A stretch of 64,000 bases of DNA from Intoshia linei (Eukaryota > Animalia > Orthonectida): NCBI GenBank assembly GCA_001642005.1, contig LWCA01000041.1, forward strand, positions 4,128-68,127. The letters are read 5' to 3'. The position numbers and the translations under genes were made by a program. Of this stretch, positions 13,642 through 28,600 are shown one piece after another; positions within the stretch are counted from its first letter, which is position 1, and every line of letters begins with the position of its first letter. Under the pieces are notes generated by a model. That model was given only the letters and a program-made list of their open reading frames with translations, searched no databases and was not told where the DNA came from.

Positions 13642-16600
13642 TTAAACCCATGGAAGCCACCTAGGATCCAAGGAATATATACATTCATCTGTTTGAGAAA
13701 TTTTGATGAGTTCCCGTGTATCAATGACAGATTTGTTTAAGTTAATTATTAAGGATAAGTCTAAATTTTTATAAAAAAAATTTGGTCAATTTAAATGAAA
13801 TAATTTTACCCTTCACTCTGCACATAACAGCTTCAGAATGTAACACACATTGGTGAATAATTTCCTTTGGAAAAACAATACTCTAGAAAAAATTTAAAAC
13901 ATTAAATGTCACATTACCCTTAGAGAATGTTTATATGCAATTTCATCACGGAAAATTGTTCTTATAAAGGTATCATAATACAATTTCGGGTTGAGGAAAC
14001 AGCGAGCAGAATTTATAATAGAAGTAGCAAAAGGTCCATTGATGCCATACTTTGTAATAAATTTAGTTATATTTTTTGTAAGACGAAAAGGTGCAATTGT
14101 TTTATTAGTTTCATTTAAATTAATATGTAATCCATGTGGCTGTAAGAATGCATATTCACGAACAATTAATATATTGTTTAAATTGATGGGATTCAACCCC
14201 AAAGAGTATTGTATACAACACATCATTCCATAATGGATAGTAAACATTTTTCTAAAATGCCAATATGAAGTTGAGTTGTTGTAAACCTGATCAGCCCAAT
14301 CCGTCAGTAATTTATCAGAAGAAGATCTAGTGTAATCAGACAAAAATTGTGAAGATGCTTGATAATCAAAACTATCATCGTCGTCAGATGGAAACCTTGA
14401 AATTACATCGTAAAATTGTTTCAAAACAGTGGCAGATTTTTTGACACTCTTTTCAGGTGCATTATAGTAAATGGAAGAAAGTGGAAAAGTTGACATATTG
14501 TATTCAATCATACACAAATAAGGAGAGATAATTTGAAATCGCGGAATTAAAAAGTTATGAAAACGTGTAGAGGCGTTTATATTATTTTCAAAAGCATAAT
14601 TGCAAAAATTCATTAATTTGTAAATTCGTAATTTAGAATATAATTCAAGATCATTCAGAGAACTCGTAAGAGTGTTTGATATAATAAATGGATATTTACA
14701 ACCATTTGATGCAATTAAAGTCAAAACATTGTGAATTTCATCATTAATGTTAACTCGATTGATAAAGGGAGAAAAGCCATTTAACATAATGTGAACTGGA
14801 CTGGATCTACAAACTAAATATTCCCCAGGTAAAACAATTTCTGCATAATATGCAGAATAGTTTCTCAAAAATCTATACTTATTTGGAATTAAACTAAAAT
14901 CCTTTCGAGATTTTACCTTCAATTTCATCTGAAAAATACAAACCCACTTGTTCAACAAATCTATCAATTTCCAAGGATTAGAGAGTTGAAGGCATTGTTC
15001 AAAGTTATTTTGAAACATGGCGAATAAACGGCGATATATTTTGAAAGAATTTTGACGATTTGATTCATCTTCAGGTAATCCAAAGAAAGCAGTATTATTA
15101 AACTCCAACATGTCTACATTCAATCGATTTTCATGTTTTTTGATATGCTGTCTAAACCTTTCAATAATATTCATTATAAATTCTTTCAATTCAATTGAAA
15201 TTTTGAAAGATTGCATATTATTTTTGTTAAACCAACATTCCTTGTAAAACTGTTTAACAGCCTTATTTAGACTACAATAAATATCTTCGTGCCAAGAAAT
15301 AGAAATGCTACTAATTTCATCAATGAATTGACACAAAGCTCTGGTGTTTATAATATTATTTCTGTGAATGGCAATCAGTAAATTACGTAAAGTTAATAAC
15401 TTTTTATCTAAAAGGGGCGAACTCGATCTTAAAGAAAGAATAGATTTAAAACTTTTGTAATTTTCGAAAATAGTACACCTTCTGTAGTATTTGTTACTTA
15501 TTTCGGAAAGTTGACCCACATTAAGTATTATTTTGTAGTTTGAATTAAAAAGAGATAAGATTAATGATCTAATAGCAATAAAAACTGCCTGGTAGTATTG
15601 TTTTGAAATGAGATTTAATAAAATATCCGCAGCTTGGTTGGCATTTGTACCGATAAAAGATACAATTCGATGTATCCAATTGATCCAATTACTGGGATAA
15701 ATATACCCACCATAATTCATAAACACACCTGCTATTTTATCATAGACTTCGTAATTCAATAACCACATAATCTTTGCTATTGACACACGTGATTTTTCGT
15801 TATCTTTTTTTTGGCATACGTGAAGGTAGCATGTGACAGCACTAACCAAATAATTCAAATTTTTTGTAGAATAAAATAAGATTTCCTGCAATTCTCCCCA
15901 CCTTCGCCATGTACCTGGTGAGGTATCATTCATCTGTATAGCTGCCGACAAACACTGGTTTGCTTGCTGGTATCTTTTTAGTTTCTTCAAAAATCTGCCT
16001 TTCAAAGAAAAAACTCTTGCATTTATTTCTTTATTGAAGCATTTCGGTTCAGCACTGTCCAGGTAATTTAGCCCAGTTGCTAGACATCGACTTTCGCTGA
16101 AATAACACTTGACGGTCTCTTTCAACTTGATAAACGAGTCAGCCATAGATAAAGACGGCATTTTACTAACAATGCAAATGATCTGATCACAAATATCCAA
16201 ACATCCATGTTTTCTAGCTACAGTAGCAAACGTTAATAAAGAATTGACCACAGAATGATTTGCTGCAGGTGTAATATGTTCGTTGCACGCATCTGGAGGA
16301 TTAGTAGTGAAAAATTTGTCCATTGCTTGAAAATGATGCCTTCGCCATAACATTATGTTACTCCAATGGGCCAAACTATCACAGATCATTGGTAATCGGT
16401 TTCGCCACGTTTTAATCTGTGATCCAAATTCATGATAGGCCGTAGATCGGTTTGTAGAAAGTGAATTTATTTGAGATTTTATCATATTGAATGACTCGCT
16501 TAATTCAACAATTTGTTGTGTGGCGTATAATAATGGAATATTCGAATTTGTACATATATTGGGAAATCTTCTCCATAACTTAATAGCAGCGGTAAAAGCA

Positions 16601-19600
16601 TTTGATATATATGTTTCAATAGTTGCCAAATGGTGTATATCGTCCAGTGTGACCAAGCTTAAATAACCACGGTAAACATTCACCTTCCAGCCATACTCTC
16701 TGGGTAAATTAATTTCAATTTTAGGAAGTAAATCCTTTAACGTGTTCCAATTAGCCATCCGCCAAACACAATCTGCAGCCAAAAAAATATTAGAATTTTC
16801 CGGTGCCGTGGAATACGCTAATAGAGTATCCCAATGGTTTAATTCTTTGCACGACTGAATCCAACTACGTTCGATAAATTTGTATTCAGGCACTAACGTT
16901 TCATCAGAGTCAATGTTAGCGTCATACCTCGCTGCTTGGGACATGGCATATTCGAAATTTTTTTGAGATTTAAAGAAATTGAAAGAACAAAAATTTTTAA
17001 GTCCATTTAGGGTACTTCGAAAGTAGGACCTATCAAACCATAATCCTAGTAGCATATCATGTTCTTCTAACATGCCATATATGGATTGCAAACAATCAAA
17101 TATTTCCTGTTCACGTGAAGGGTAAAGATCCATTTTATCCACATTGGTTGGCTTGAATTTAGTTAATTTTGTTGAATTTAGTTTAAACAGTTCAGTTTCA
17201 AAATACATGGCACTTCGGTGCCAAATTTTATGATACACAGATAAATGTTTCATTGATGATGGACGAATGACAACAGGCGGATCGCAACGATAAAGACCTT
17301 CGATAAAGCAATTAATACACGATGGGTGAATTGCAGGTTCTCTCTGAGTTCCGTCGTTCGACGAAGTTAAAAATCTTTCCAATTCTTTCGTTAATACAGA
17401 TCGGTCTGAACTAGATATCATTTTCCATAATTGCGGGAAAATGTGTACCCATGTATCATAAGCAATTGTGGTATCCTTGTAACAAATTTGTGAAATTGAC
17501 ATGATAAATTGACGTGTGGTAATCTTTTCAACCGGAGCAAAATACTTGGAACAATCTTTGATAAAACTGTTTATGCTACTGAAAATCGTCGAACTCTTAC
17601 ATTTATCATTAATTTCTATAAATGGAATGCATCTTTCTGATCTATAAACTTGCTCTGTGGGTTCGGTTTTGTCCACGTGATTCTTATTGTCGTGCATAAT
17701 TGTGTAATGGTCGTAATCAAAAGTATCTGAATTAGAAATTATCATGTCTGGATTGTCATTCTCGCCGATAAGAAACATTCTGTTCGCTGTGGGTACATAA
17801 AATTTGCAATTAATGGCTGTCATAACATGTTTAGGTTCTACTATACTGAAAATGAGTTCAATGCATTGTTTAATCCAAAAATGAATTAGCATAGCATCCC
17901 AATTTTGATTAACTATTATATAATACAAACGAGCAACAACCGTCTTTGAAATACACTCATGGAAAATTTTGTTGTATTGTAGCCGAAGACCTGGCTCAGG
18001 GCAGCGAAGTCCTGTAATAAATATAGGTTCCAGCTTCACTACTAAATCGCCAGAAAAGGATTGATTCTTGTAGATATAAATAACCGTTTCTAAATAAGGT
18101 TTTGATAAATCTGGATTATCAGAATAACGCTTAAAGCATAGATTATTAAACAGTTTTACGAGTAAATTTGATATCTCTTTTTGAGATGGATGAGAATCTG
18201 TGTATTTAAATTTACTGACTACCCAATCATGAACAAAAGAAATTATCTTTTTTAACACATTGTGATCTTGAATCTTTTCAATAATGACGGAAAGAGTTTG
18301 AATAATGTATATTTTCCTAGTCTCAGAATTCATAGAATTTATAGTATCCCTAGTAAGTTCTATTCCCATCATAATGACATTAGTTTTTATCCCATTAGTC
18401 GTTTTACTTTCTTCATTTCTTAGAGGCATAAAGTATTGTTTGATTATTCTATGAAACCATCTAACATATGAACTGATAATAGACTTGATAAAAGAATTGT
18501 TTCCAGATCCAATCATTTCCAACAAAGCTATGGTCTTGTATACATTAGGATCAATTTTATCATAGTTGTCAACAATTCCTATCAAATAACTGGACAAAAA
18601 TTTGTAAATATTCTGTATTTTATCTATATTTGTGTAATATGGAATTGCTTCAGGAGCAAACGGGTGGTGTTTAATAATAGGATTTAAAATTTGTGCCACT
18701 ACTTTGATTAGATCAAGATTTGCATGAGAAATTACGCTCATTATACCATCTTCAATCGTATTTAAAAATTGAATCGCATTTTCAATAGGTAATTCACTTA
18801 TTAAAATTCTATATATAGCTAAAGCTGCCATAATATGTGTATACGTTGGAGGGTTTTTACAATTGTCAACGGTAACAAATTTGGTCAACCAATTAAAATT
18901 AAATTCTACATTTTTCAAAAGAACTATAAGTCTTTTTGCAATTTTGAGAAAACGAACTGTTATACTGTTATGATCATTAACTGTTGTGACATCAAAAAAA
19001 TGGAATGAATATTTCAGACAACTCTGCAGTAAATACGAATAAGTAGATTTTTCATTATCAGTCAACATTTTGCTTGCATCGTCGCTCTCCAACCATCTAA
19101 CAATTACGTCAGCGAAATCTATGCCTGCCTTTACATAATCTTTATTTCCCATTCGTGAACCCAGTACATTGACAGATTGAACCAGTTGAGATAAAAACAA
19201 ATGTCTGAAACCTAAATAATAGTATTTATGCTTCACTATAATTTGTACTAGAGCATATAATAAATTGATAGATGAAAAAGCCTCTTCAGCAACCAACACC
19301 ATAGTCCAAGTAAAAAGTAATTCTTTTCCATTTTCAAGGTTTTTTATTATTGCTGGGATTAAAATATCCGTAATTTCGTGCAATTTGGATTTAACTTCTA
19401 GGTTTGCAGAGCGTAAAATTTCAAAAAAGAAAGTTTTTGTAGTATATTCGTCAACGGAAAAACTGTTAATAATGTGGGATAAAGTGAGAAATCCCTGAAA
19501 TTTCATAATCGCATCAGTACTTGAAATGTTGTATGTTATAATTCTAGTATATTCAATTAGTTTGTTCAACAATTCATCTTTAGATATTTCAAGGTTACAT

Positions 19601-22600
19601 TCCAACAGGATACCAGAAAAATGCTTTGCTAACAGTGATATAATTTCCAGAGCCACCATTTTAATTGAAATAGATTCTTGAGAACCATTACCATCAAACA
19701 CATTTTTCGCATGAATTTTCAAATTTGGCGGGTTCAAAACAAAAGTCTCAAAATATAGTTTTATTAAATTTAAATCACACTGAGAATATTTCAAATATTG
19801 AATATTTGCAGAATCCAAATTAATCATTTTATTCAATGAATTTGAGTTTACACTTTTAGGAGGAATCAGTTTAAAATAAGAATTTAGAGGTGTCATGCAT
19901 TTTTGTACATCACTCAAATATTCGTAAATGGTGGCATCTACGTATGTAATATCTGTGTCTACCACAAATTGAAGAGTATCTTTGTCGTTTCTTTGCATAT
20001 CAAAGTAGGCTTTAATATTTACTGGGTTTATAAATAATCCCTCAGGTGCACCACAACTAGCATTAAATATAGGAAGGATCAGCATTTTCATAATATAGTA
20101 AGCATGAGCAGTATTAAAACACGCATCTCGGTACATTTGCATGAATAAACCACAAACATCACGCTTCCAAGAGATTGAACTTTTTTGAATAATTTTTTTA
20201 ACATTTCCGTCAAAACTAAAAGTTTCCAATAAGGTAGTTTCTGAATAGACCTTGAATAAATCAAAAAATACAGGAATGTCTTGGTATTGGTGTTTAATAT
20301 ACTTTATCAATATTTTTAACGCCAATCGTCCAATTTCCATTTCCCATTCTCTTTCAAAGTTTTCCAATTCATAAGGAATCGACTCTACAGAGCTGCCGTA
20401 TACTCTCCGTACAATTTTATTCCACTCAACATGCAATACTCTGAATAAACAATGATCCAAGTAAGGAATAATATTTTTCTTGATTACGAAATAAATGTAT
20501 TTTAAATATACAACTCTGTTACTGTTAATAAATGAATCATGCATAAATAAATTCAACAGTATGTCCATATCCATTAACCTGGGTGGTATAATTGCATTTG
20601 GCCGTTTAAGAAAATCAAAAAAAACGTCTCGAACATGATGATTTGCTATATAGAAATGAGTAAGCATAATTTTACCCAATTCGTCGGGACAGTTTTCCCA
20701 TATTGCGTATAAAGAAGAGCGAAATGGACTAGTTCCATAATCGATCATCTTTTTTTCGATGTTAAAAACAACATTTGCTATATCATTGAAAAACATTTTT
20801 GATTGATATTGCACAGCCACAAAAAATTTTAAAATCATATTGGCAATTTTAGATTCATGGGATTCGGTATATCCAGTAATGTCATAGTTTGGATCGATAA
20901 GGGTTTGTAACAGAGAAATCCAATTTTTAAAACAATCTATGGTTCTAAAAGCCAATTGTTGTGTCATCGATCTAGGAAATTTCTCGTATAATTTTAAAAT
21001 TCTTTCCGCCACAACTAACCCTAATCTTGAATCCATACCGTTTTTGGGTATATCTGCAAGATGGGCGTAAAGAGGATTGAATATATCGGGCAAACATAGC
21101 AAAACAGTGGAATCTCCTTTTGTAAATCTATACAATTCTTCGATAGCACAGAGAGCCAAAGTATTTCGAGTCAACCATTCATAATCGTCGTTACTGGAAC
21201 AGTCAACAATTATATTACTAAAATTTAACTGAATTTTTTCAGCTTCTGTGAAGTTAAGATTCAAAGTTCCAAGACACTTTATAGAAAACAATTTCAGAGA
21301 TTGGAAGGTTTCAAATGAATTTTTAAAACATGCCAATTTGGACACAATTTCATCAGAAGAGTCGACTACACCTATTATACAATCAAAAAAGCTTTTATGA
21401 GTAGCGTTGTTTGTATGAAAATCAATGCATTCCGGACTCAATTTCATAACATACGTAAAAGCATCCATAATTCCTAGCTTCTGCCAGGGCGATGATTCCA
21501 TAAAAACAGAATAATTGGGAGGAACCAAACTTTTAATCAAAATTTTGTATTTTAAAAGAAAATTTTCAATGGAAATTCCTGAAAGATTACAAATTTCCGA
21601 TATGAAATATTTTACATTAGACCTAACCAAACTGTGAGGTGAGGACAAATTTTTAATACATTCCAACGAAATAACTTCCAAAACTTTAATTTTGAAATTT
21701 TTACATGATTCGTCCGTTACAGAATAAATTATATTTAGTAATTTTGCAAAAATAGAATTGGCCAAATCGAATGTATCAGACGAAATTTTACCAGCCAAGT
21801 CGTTCAAGAGGTACATTAAAGCTGTAAATATTTTTTTTGAATTATATAACAAATACATATTATTATAACGGTGAAGCATAAAATTTAACATGGCACACCC
21901 CGATTGCTTAACATACCACGATGTTTCATAACAAAGATAAATCAATTTTTCAAAAGCATAATCGACAATGCAAATTTTACAGCAACGATCTAATTCACCG
22001 ACAGATTTAGAAACACACTCGAAAATTAATGATATTATAATTTGACAAATTTTCGTATAATCATTAGTTGGGTCATGCAAAACATCAATAATTGCGTCAA
22101 CCAAAACACACGAATATATAAAATTACAGTTAAAATCTTGTTCGCTATAATAATATTGTTCAATAATAGAAAAACTAGTACATATTCTTGTCATATTACA
22201 AATATACTTTAAAACTTCTTCTCGGAATTCATCAAAATGATAAATCATTATCATACACGAAATAGCTCTTTTTACTACAGAATTTAATCCCTTATGCGTG
22301 TATATTGGTTTTTTCAAATAGTGTTGAATTTTAGGTATTTCTCCATGCCTCATAAACCTTCTATTTATATATTTTTTAAGTAGTCTTAGATCATGAGTGT
22401 GTAAAATTGATGACAAAATACCTTTAACGATAACCCACGATTGACTAATATTAAAATTTGATGCTGTATCTTTAAAATTAAACGAAATAAAATTTTTAAA
22501 CTCATTATCGATTATATAGAAAATTGGCAATTTAACAGGAGTTGAATTCCCACTAAAGTAAATACTTGCATTACAAATATATTCATCGGAGACTTCTTCG

Positions 22601-25539
22601 TAATCCACGGATTGCGGTTCCCGTAAAACTGCACGAGTATGTCCACCAAACTTACCTAACAAACGAAAAGCCATATGTGCCATACTATCATCGGTCGTTG
22701 AAATAATTTTCCACAAGCACTGAATCAATTCTGTTTGAACAGGTTTAAAATGATCGTATAAAAAATCTGGTTGCAAATTATCCACACATAATTCTAAGGT
22801 TCTCAGTCCTTGCGTCTGGAGAGAACTCTTACTTTTCAAAGCTGTTATCAAAGGATCCATTAATAGTGGCAAATGAGGAAGCAATGAACTCAGTCGCACA
22901 GGCACAGTCAAACACAATTCTACTATCAAATCTTTAGTTTCCGGTTTATATTCGCAATTTTGGAGTTTATTAAAGTTTTTGAGTAAATACGGTAGCAGAG
23001 GTAAAAATTCTTTATATATATCTTCGTGGGAGCCACCTCCAATAGATCTAAATAGAGCTCGGAGCAGCAAGAAGTAATTTTCTGGTGTTTCTGCGTTAAG
23101 TGATAAATCTAGACATTTCTGAATAATAGTTTTAAGGTGAACTTTAACAGATTTTTCATTTTCTATTGAAATGACTGTAATAGCAGCAAATATGTGCTTA
23201 AAAAGTTTAAGGTATAATGTAGAATGCAAAGAATTTGTGCCCAATTTTTCCAAATTTTTAATCAAATATTCAATAAGAACAATTGAAAAGCAAGGTGAAG
23301 CAATTTTTACAGATAAAATTATATTAATCAACATCTGAGACACAGGGTTGATAAACATTTGATCGATCAAAAATTGAATAGATGGTTTCATTACTTCAAT
23401 TAAAGCATAACCATGCAAATTGTTATAAATTTGAGCAAAACTGTCCATAGTAGCTTTTTCTTCCTTGCCGTAAATAGGATTAACGATGTCTATTTTTCTA
23501 ACAATTTCTCCGTCTTTGAGTTGTTCGTAATTAAAAATATCGAATGATTTAATACCATAAAACAAAATTTGTTTAAGAATTTTAGACTCCATTATAGACA
23601 AACAAACCATAGCAGAATAATTTCCTTTCATTTCATCCATAGAATCCGAACTTTTATTACAAGTTCTAACATCACTTCGCACAGAAATGAAACTTTTTAC
23701 GCTCGTATCCATTTGACTAGATTGATTAATATTCACGCATCTATCTTGATTATCAAATATTTTTCTAGGTGAGATATTGCGATTCGTCCTTTTTCCATCC
23801 ACTTGCATGATAGATTGGAAAGCAGCAGATGCTACTTTAACCACACTTATAAAATATTGGCGACATTCCGTGAGACGTAATTGTTTATTTTCTGGAGGTG
23901 AGTAATTATTAACCAGTTCCGTGGTTTGTGTCACCCTTAGCATGTCTCCTTGTTCGACAATCTTCTTAATAATTTTGAGTTTATATTTCAGAAAATATTT
24001 TAAATTCTTAATGGCGTACTTTAACAACAAATAACAGATTCGCAAAACAGACTCTGAGTCGTTGCAAAACGTTGTACCAAGAGGCGTCACTAAAAAAGTG
24101 ACAATATGCAATGACATAACAATGGTCTGTTGAGAAACACCGAAATATCGAAAGTTACTGGAAAATTCAAAAATGCAAGCCTTTATATCTTGAAGCGAAG
24201 ACTCACGTCTTGATATGTAAATCAAATCATGTACACAAACATACACAATGTGTCGTATATGCTGTCTAATTTCATATTCGGAGCCCAACAAACAATCTTC
24301 ACGGATAAAATTATGAATATTAACTATAGTAGGATATTTCTTGGGGCTTTTCATGCATATACCAATGCTGTTTTTCATAGCGAGTAGCAAGTCTCGACGC
24401 ATAGTACCAATTTCAATGGGACATATTTGAACGATTTTTTGAATTGACAAAATAAGACACTCTACGCATTCTTTCATATTTTCCAAAGTAAAATGTCGGA
24501 TATAGTAACTTAAATAGGCAATCATTCGAACTTGGCATTCAATGAAATAAATCATAGTTGTATGATTGTATCGAGAAGATCTGAATGCAGATGAATTGGG
24601 AACAACCTGGATAAGACTCAACCCCATATTCGCAATTTCGATTGAAATAGAAGTCTGTTTAAACAACTGATAATACATGATCAAATTGCTTGTAATTTCA
24701 ATCAGAAATAAAAGAGACGTACTAGAAGTTGGCAGAAAAAACATTTTATTCCTATGACCATATTTTCTGAAATGTACACAATTAAAATTTTTTTTTCCTG
24801 AATTAACTAGTCTTACCGTAGTTGCTCCCTCTGTGATCACTGGAAAATGTTCATCTGAGTAGTAGGACTCATTCGGATTAAGTTTGACAATGGCTGTACA
24901 AAATTTATCAATGTTGGCCAGAAGAATTTTTTCTTCGCATGATTCTTCTTTCCCTTTTATTTCTACTACATAGGCATCAGGACTCAACAAAAAATTGTCC
25001 AAATTGTTAGTAATATGGCGATATAGGTCCTTAATACGAGTAAAAATATTTTTAAAATCAGAACTATAACTACATCGATACTGCTTTGAGCATTCCATGA
25101 TTATTTTACTAGCTTCAATAGCGTTTACTTCGTTGTCTTTCCAAATAACTTCAAACATTAATTTAATAACGTCATTCGAAAATTTTCGGAAACTTTCTCC
25201 CAAAGGAATCTTTTTGATAATATTGAGTATACCATGTCGTATTTGATGGTTAACATGATTAGAAAAAAATTTTGGTTCTACTTCATTTAATATTTTTTGA
25301 GAAACAAAAATTACCAATTCTGCCAATTTAGATATTTCCTGAAATGGCAAATAAAACTTTAAAAATTTTAATAATTTATCAATCAAATTTTTTCTTTCAT
25401 TCAAATTCAATTGATTATTTTTCAATACCTTTAAATCATTTAAAAATTATATTTTAAGTGTAACCTGCAAATCATTATAAAATTCTTTTACATCACTAAC
25501 ATTTTTAGCATCTATTTGCTTCAAAACTAATTGATCCAT
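13642..25539 (-). CDS. TRRAP: Transformation/transcription domain-associated protein (PIKK pseudokinase of SAGA/TIP60)
   Basis: 3838-aa ORF with NYFLLLRALFRSIGGG, ELCLTVPVRLSSLLPHLPLLMDPL, QGLRTLELCVDNLQPDFLYDH and a FAT region. Short first exon MDQLVLKQ.. (ATG 25539); FATC end DPRWLPWV* at 13642. Confidence 0.97.
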
Positions 25540-25624
25540 TGTTTTTAAAATTCAAATTTAAATCAAAGTGCAACTTTATCACAATTTTTTATTTTGATTT
25601 CCACGACATCAATAAGTAATCAAA

Positions 25625-28600
25625 ATGAATGCTCAAAATGAAAAAGTAACATTCGAAAAGGTTATAGAAGGATTTAAACGTATAACGAAACTGAATGTAA
25701 ATCAGAGCCAAATTACTGACATTATATCTTCAGACATTTCCAAATGTTCTATTGTTGTTAAGTCGCTATCTAAATTAATATTACCCACTAGCGATGCTTT
25801 GATTGTAAACACTACTATCCGAAATGATGTCCTCAATTGGTTGTCAAATTTATACCAGTATTTGTTTTTTTGCGTTTTTTATCATATTATTAGTTTTTCA
25901 TGTCGAGATGTTACTTTTGTTGAAAATGTTGCAGATTCTGTTTCGGATGCATTGTTTGCTGCATTTCGTCAACATTATCCCAATTTACAATACAAAGGCT
26001 ATGAAAGTTTTACGAAACATAAACCTATAATATATATATCCTCATCTGTTTCCGAGAATTTAATTTGTAGCATTCAAAGAAAAGTAATTTAACAACAATA
26101 TCTGTGTAAATTTCTTTAGATCCTTTTACCTTTTTCTAACTTTAGAATAGTGGATTGTATCAAAAATAAACAATCACAAGTGGATTCTGAAATTATGAAC
26201 CTTACACTTTTGGAAGATATGATAAAATCTGATATTGAATCTGGTCACAAGCCTATTTTTATAATGGCATGTGCAGGTCTGTGTTTATTTTTTTATTCCT
26301 TTACTGTATTTCTAATTGTTGATTTGAAATAATTTTCCTATAATTGTTTACATTCTAACCTGAAAATAAGGAACACGAAAATTAGGGAATTCTCATGTTC
26401 AATTTTAAAAAAATAATGTTCAATAGAGTACACTAAAAAATATTTTTTTTACATCCTAATCATATAACAGTAACAAAAAAGGTTTTTTGAAGATTTGTAT
26501 TTGCAGTCAGACCACTATAGCGCCACTATGTTTCTTATCATTTTACTGTATGACTGTTTATTAAAACTTAGTGACGAGTCAAATTTCTCCTTAATTGAAA
26601 ATTTGATATTTTTCGATACAAAATTATATAGAAAGTTTAATTTGAAAAATTTGTTGAAAATTAACATAATGTTATCATGTTACTCTTAATTTTACAAGCT
26701 TTCTAATGAGCTATGTTAGGTTCTTTCCAGTGAAATATTTAAAAAATTATATCATAATATATTTGTGAATATGTTATTTCTCTAACATTATTTTACAGTA
26801 TCTACCACATTCTTTCATGAACAAGATCAGATTCACTACGTACAATTTTACTTTTAATATTTTTATTTATATTATGTTAACATACCTATGATAAAATAAT
26901 ACTAATTTTATAATTTTTAAGAACTTATGATTTTCCTTTTTAAAAAATATAAGTAACATTCATATCATTTTTTAATCTAAGGGTTCTCTATATTCAAGTT
27001 AAACTACATATTTTTACATACAATTACATTTAATTACAATTCTAGGAACTGAAAAATTATGCCAATGTGATGAAATTTTGAACATTAAAAAAATTTGCGA
27101 GCAAAATAATATATGGTTACATTTGCATGGGTAATTTTAGTATTCACATAAATGTACATTGTACAATGTAGATTTTTTTAGAACAAAACTTAAAGGGGGT
27201 TTTAATTTTTTTTTAAACCAAATTTGAAAGGGGTTTTTTAGGAATTTTTTTTGAACAGAACTTAAAGACAACCTTACAGTTTGGTCAAAAAAATCTTAAA
27301 AACCCCTCTTGAAAGTTTGGTTATAAAAAAAATTTCTATAACCCAAAATGAAAATATAAATGAAAATTTTACACATTATACTTATTCATGAAATGTATAT
27401 ATTCTACGACTTGCCCATAGAATGTGTACATTTCACAGTTTTATACATTCTATACGACATATATTATATAATCTTATGGAATATTTTTGTACATTGGCTA
27501 TTTTGGGGTTGAAGATGTGCATGTCGGACTGTATGTTAAAAATTATAATTTGATAATTTAGTCCATTGCTTCAATATCTCATTCTTCTTGATGATACAAA
27601 CTCACACGAATCTGTAAATTTTACAGATAGTATGACAATTGAATTTGGAACTTGGTTTAACATTCCTGAAATAAGATGTTTGGTAATAATTAGTATTTTA
27701 ATGTATTATTTTTTAATATTTTAGACACTTTACTACAAGTCTCTTTTCCCAAATATACCAAAACCATCCAAAGACATTTCTAAAAACATTGATGTAAACT
27801 TTTGTACTATGTGGTTAGTCAAATTTTTTATCAAATACAAAGAATTAACTGATAGAATAATTGAAGGAATAAATGCAGTATAGTTCTATAATTCATAATA
27901 ATAGTTTTTTTTATAGACTACAAAATTACACTTAGCTATTGAAAAGAATATTTTTATCACAATTATGGTATATTTATCTTTATACAACTTTTAAATTTTA
28001 TTCAGAATAGAAATTTATCACAAAATAAAAAAGAATTTATCACTACCCTGAATACTAAAATTGCAAATACTTTAGTAATTATTTTATTGAGTTTTTACAA
28101 TTTTAGAGTATATTTGATCTCGATACACCTCAACTTTTTTTTCGATTCGAATTAACTAATCACAATACCAAAGGTATATTAATTTTATAATTAATATATA
28201 CTTTCTAATTAGACGATTTATTTTTATATGCGTTTAAGGATATCGTTAACTATACCATTTTTTTCAATATGTGCAATTTGTGGGTTTTTTTTTATATACC
28301 GTAATGGTCATTTATATTTAGTTGGCACGGACTATATATGCTACACTTAATTACGAGGCTTTTATATTAGATCATATAGACGGGAAAGTTTATTTAAAAT
28401 ACGATTCTTATAACGGTATTTCATGAAAATTTACCATTTATTTATTTTTAGATGTCAGTGCGGCTAGTATAGGAAACATTGACAAACTTTGTGATTCAAT
28501 TTTAAAATGCATATCTATTTTAACAAATACTTTAAAAAATCGATTGAAATTTCACAATATTGTAAAAAAATATCATAATCTTCGCATTGTTAATGATTCG

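Noticed and set aside
13909-14700. TRRAP kinase domain lacks catalytic motifs
   Set aside because: This is the known pseudokinase state of all TRRAP/Tra1 proteins.
27620-27665. PDXDC1 lacks the PLP-binding HK motif (DSMTIEFGTW)
   Set aside because: As I recall, human PDXDC1 is similarly divergent here, so it is a family trait.
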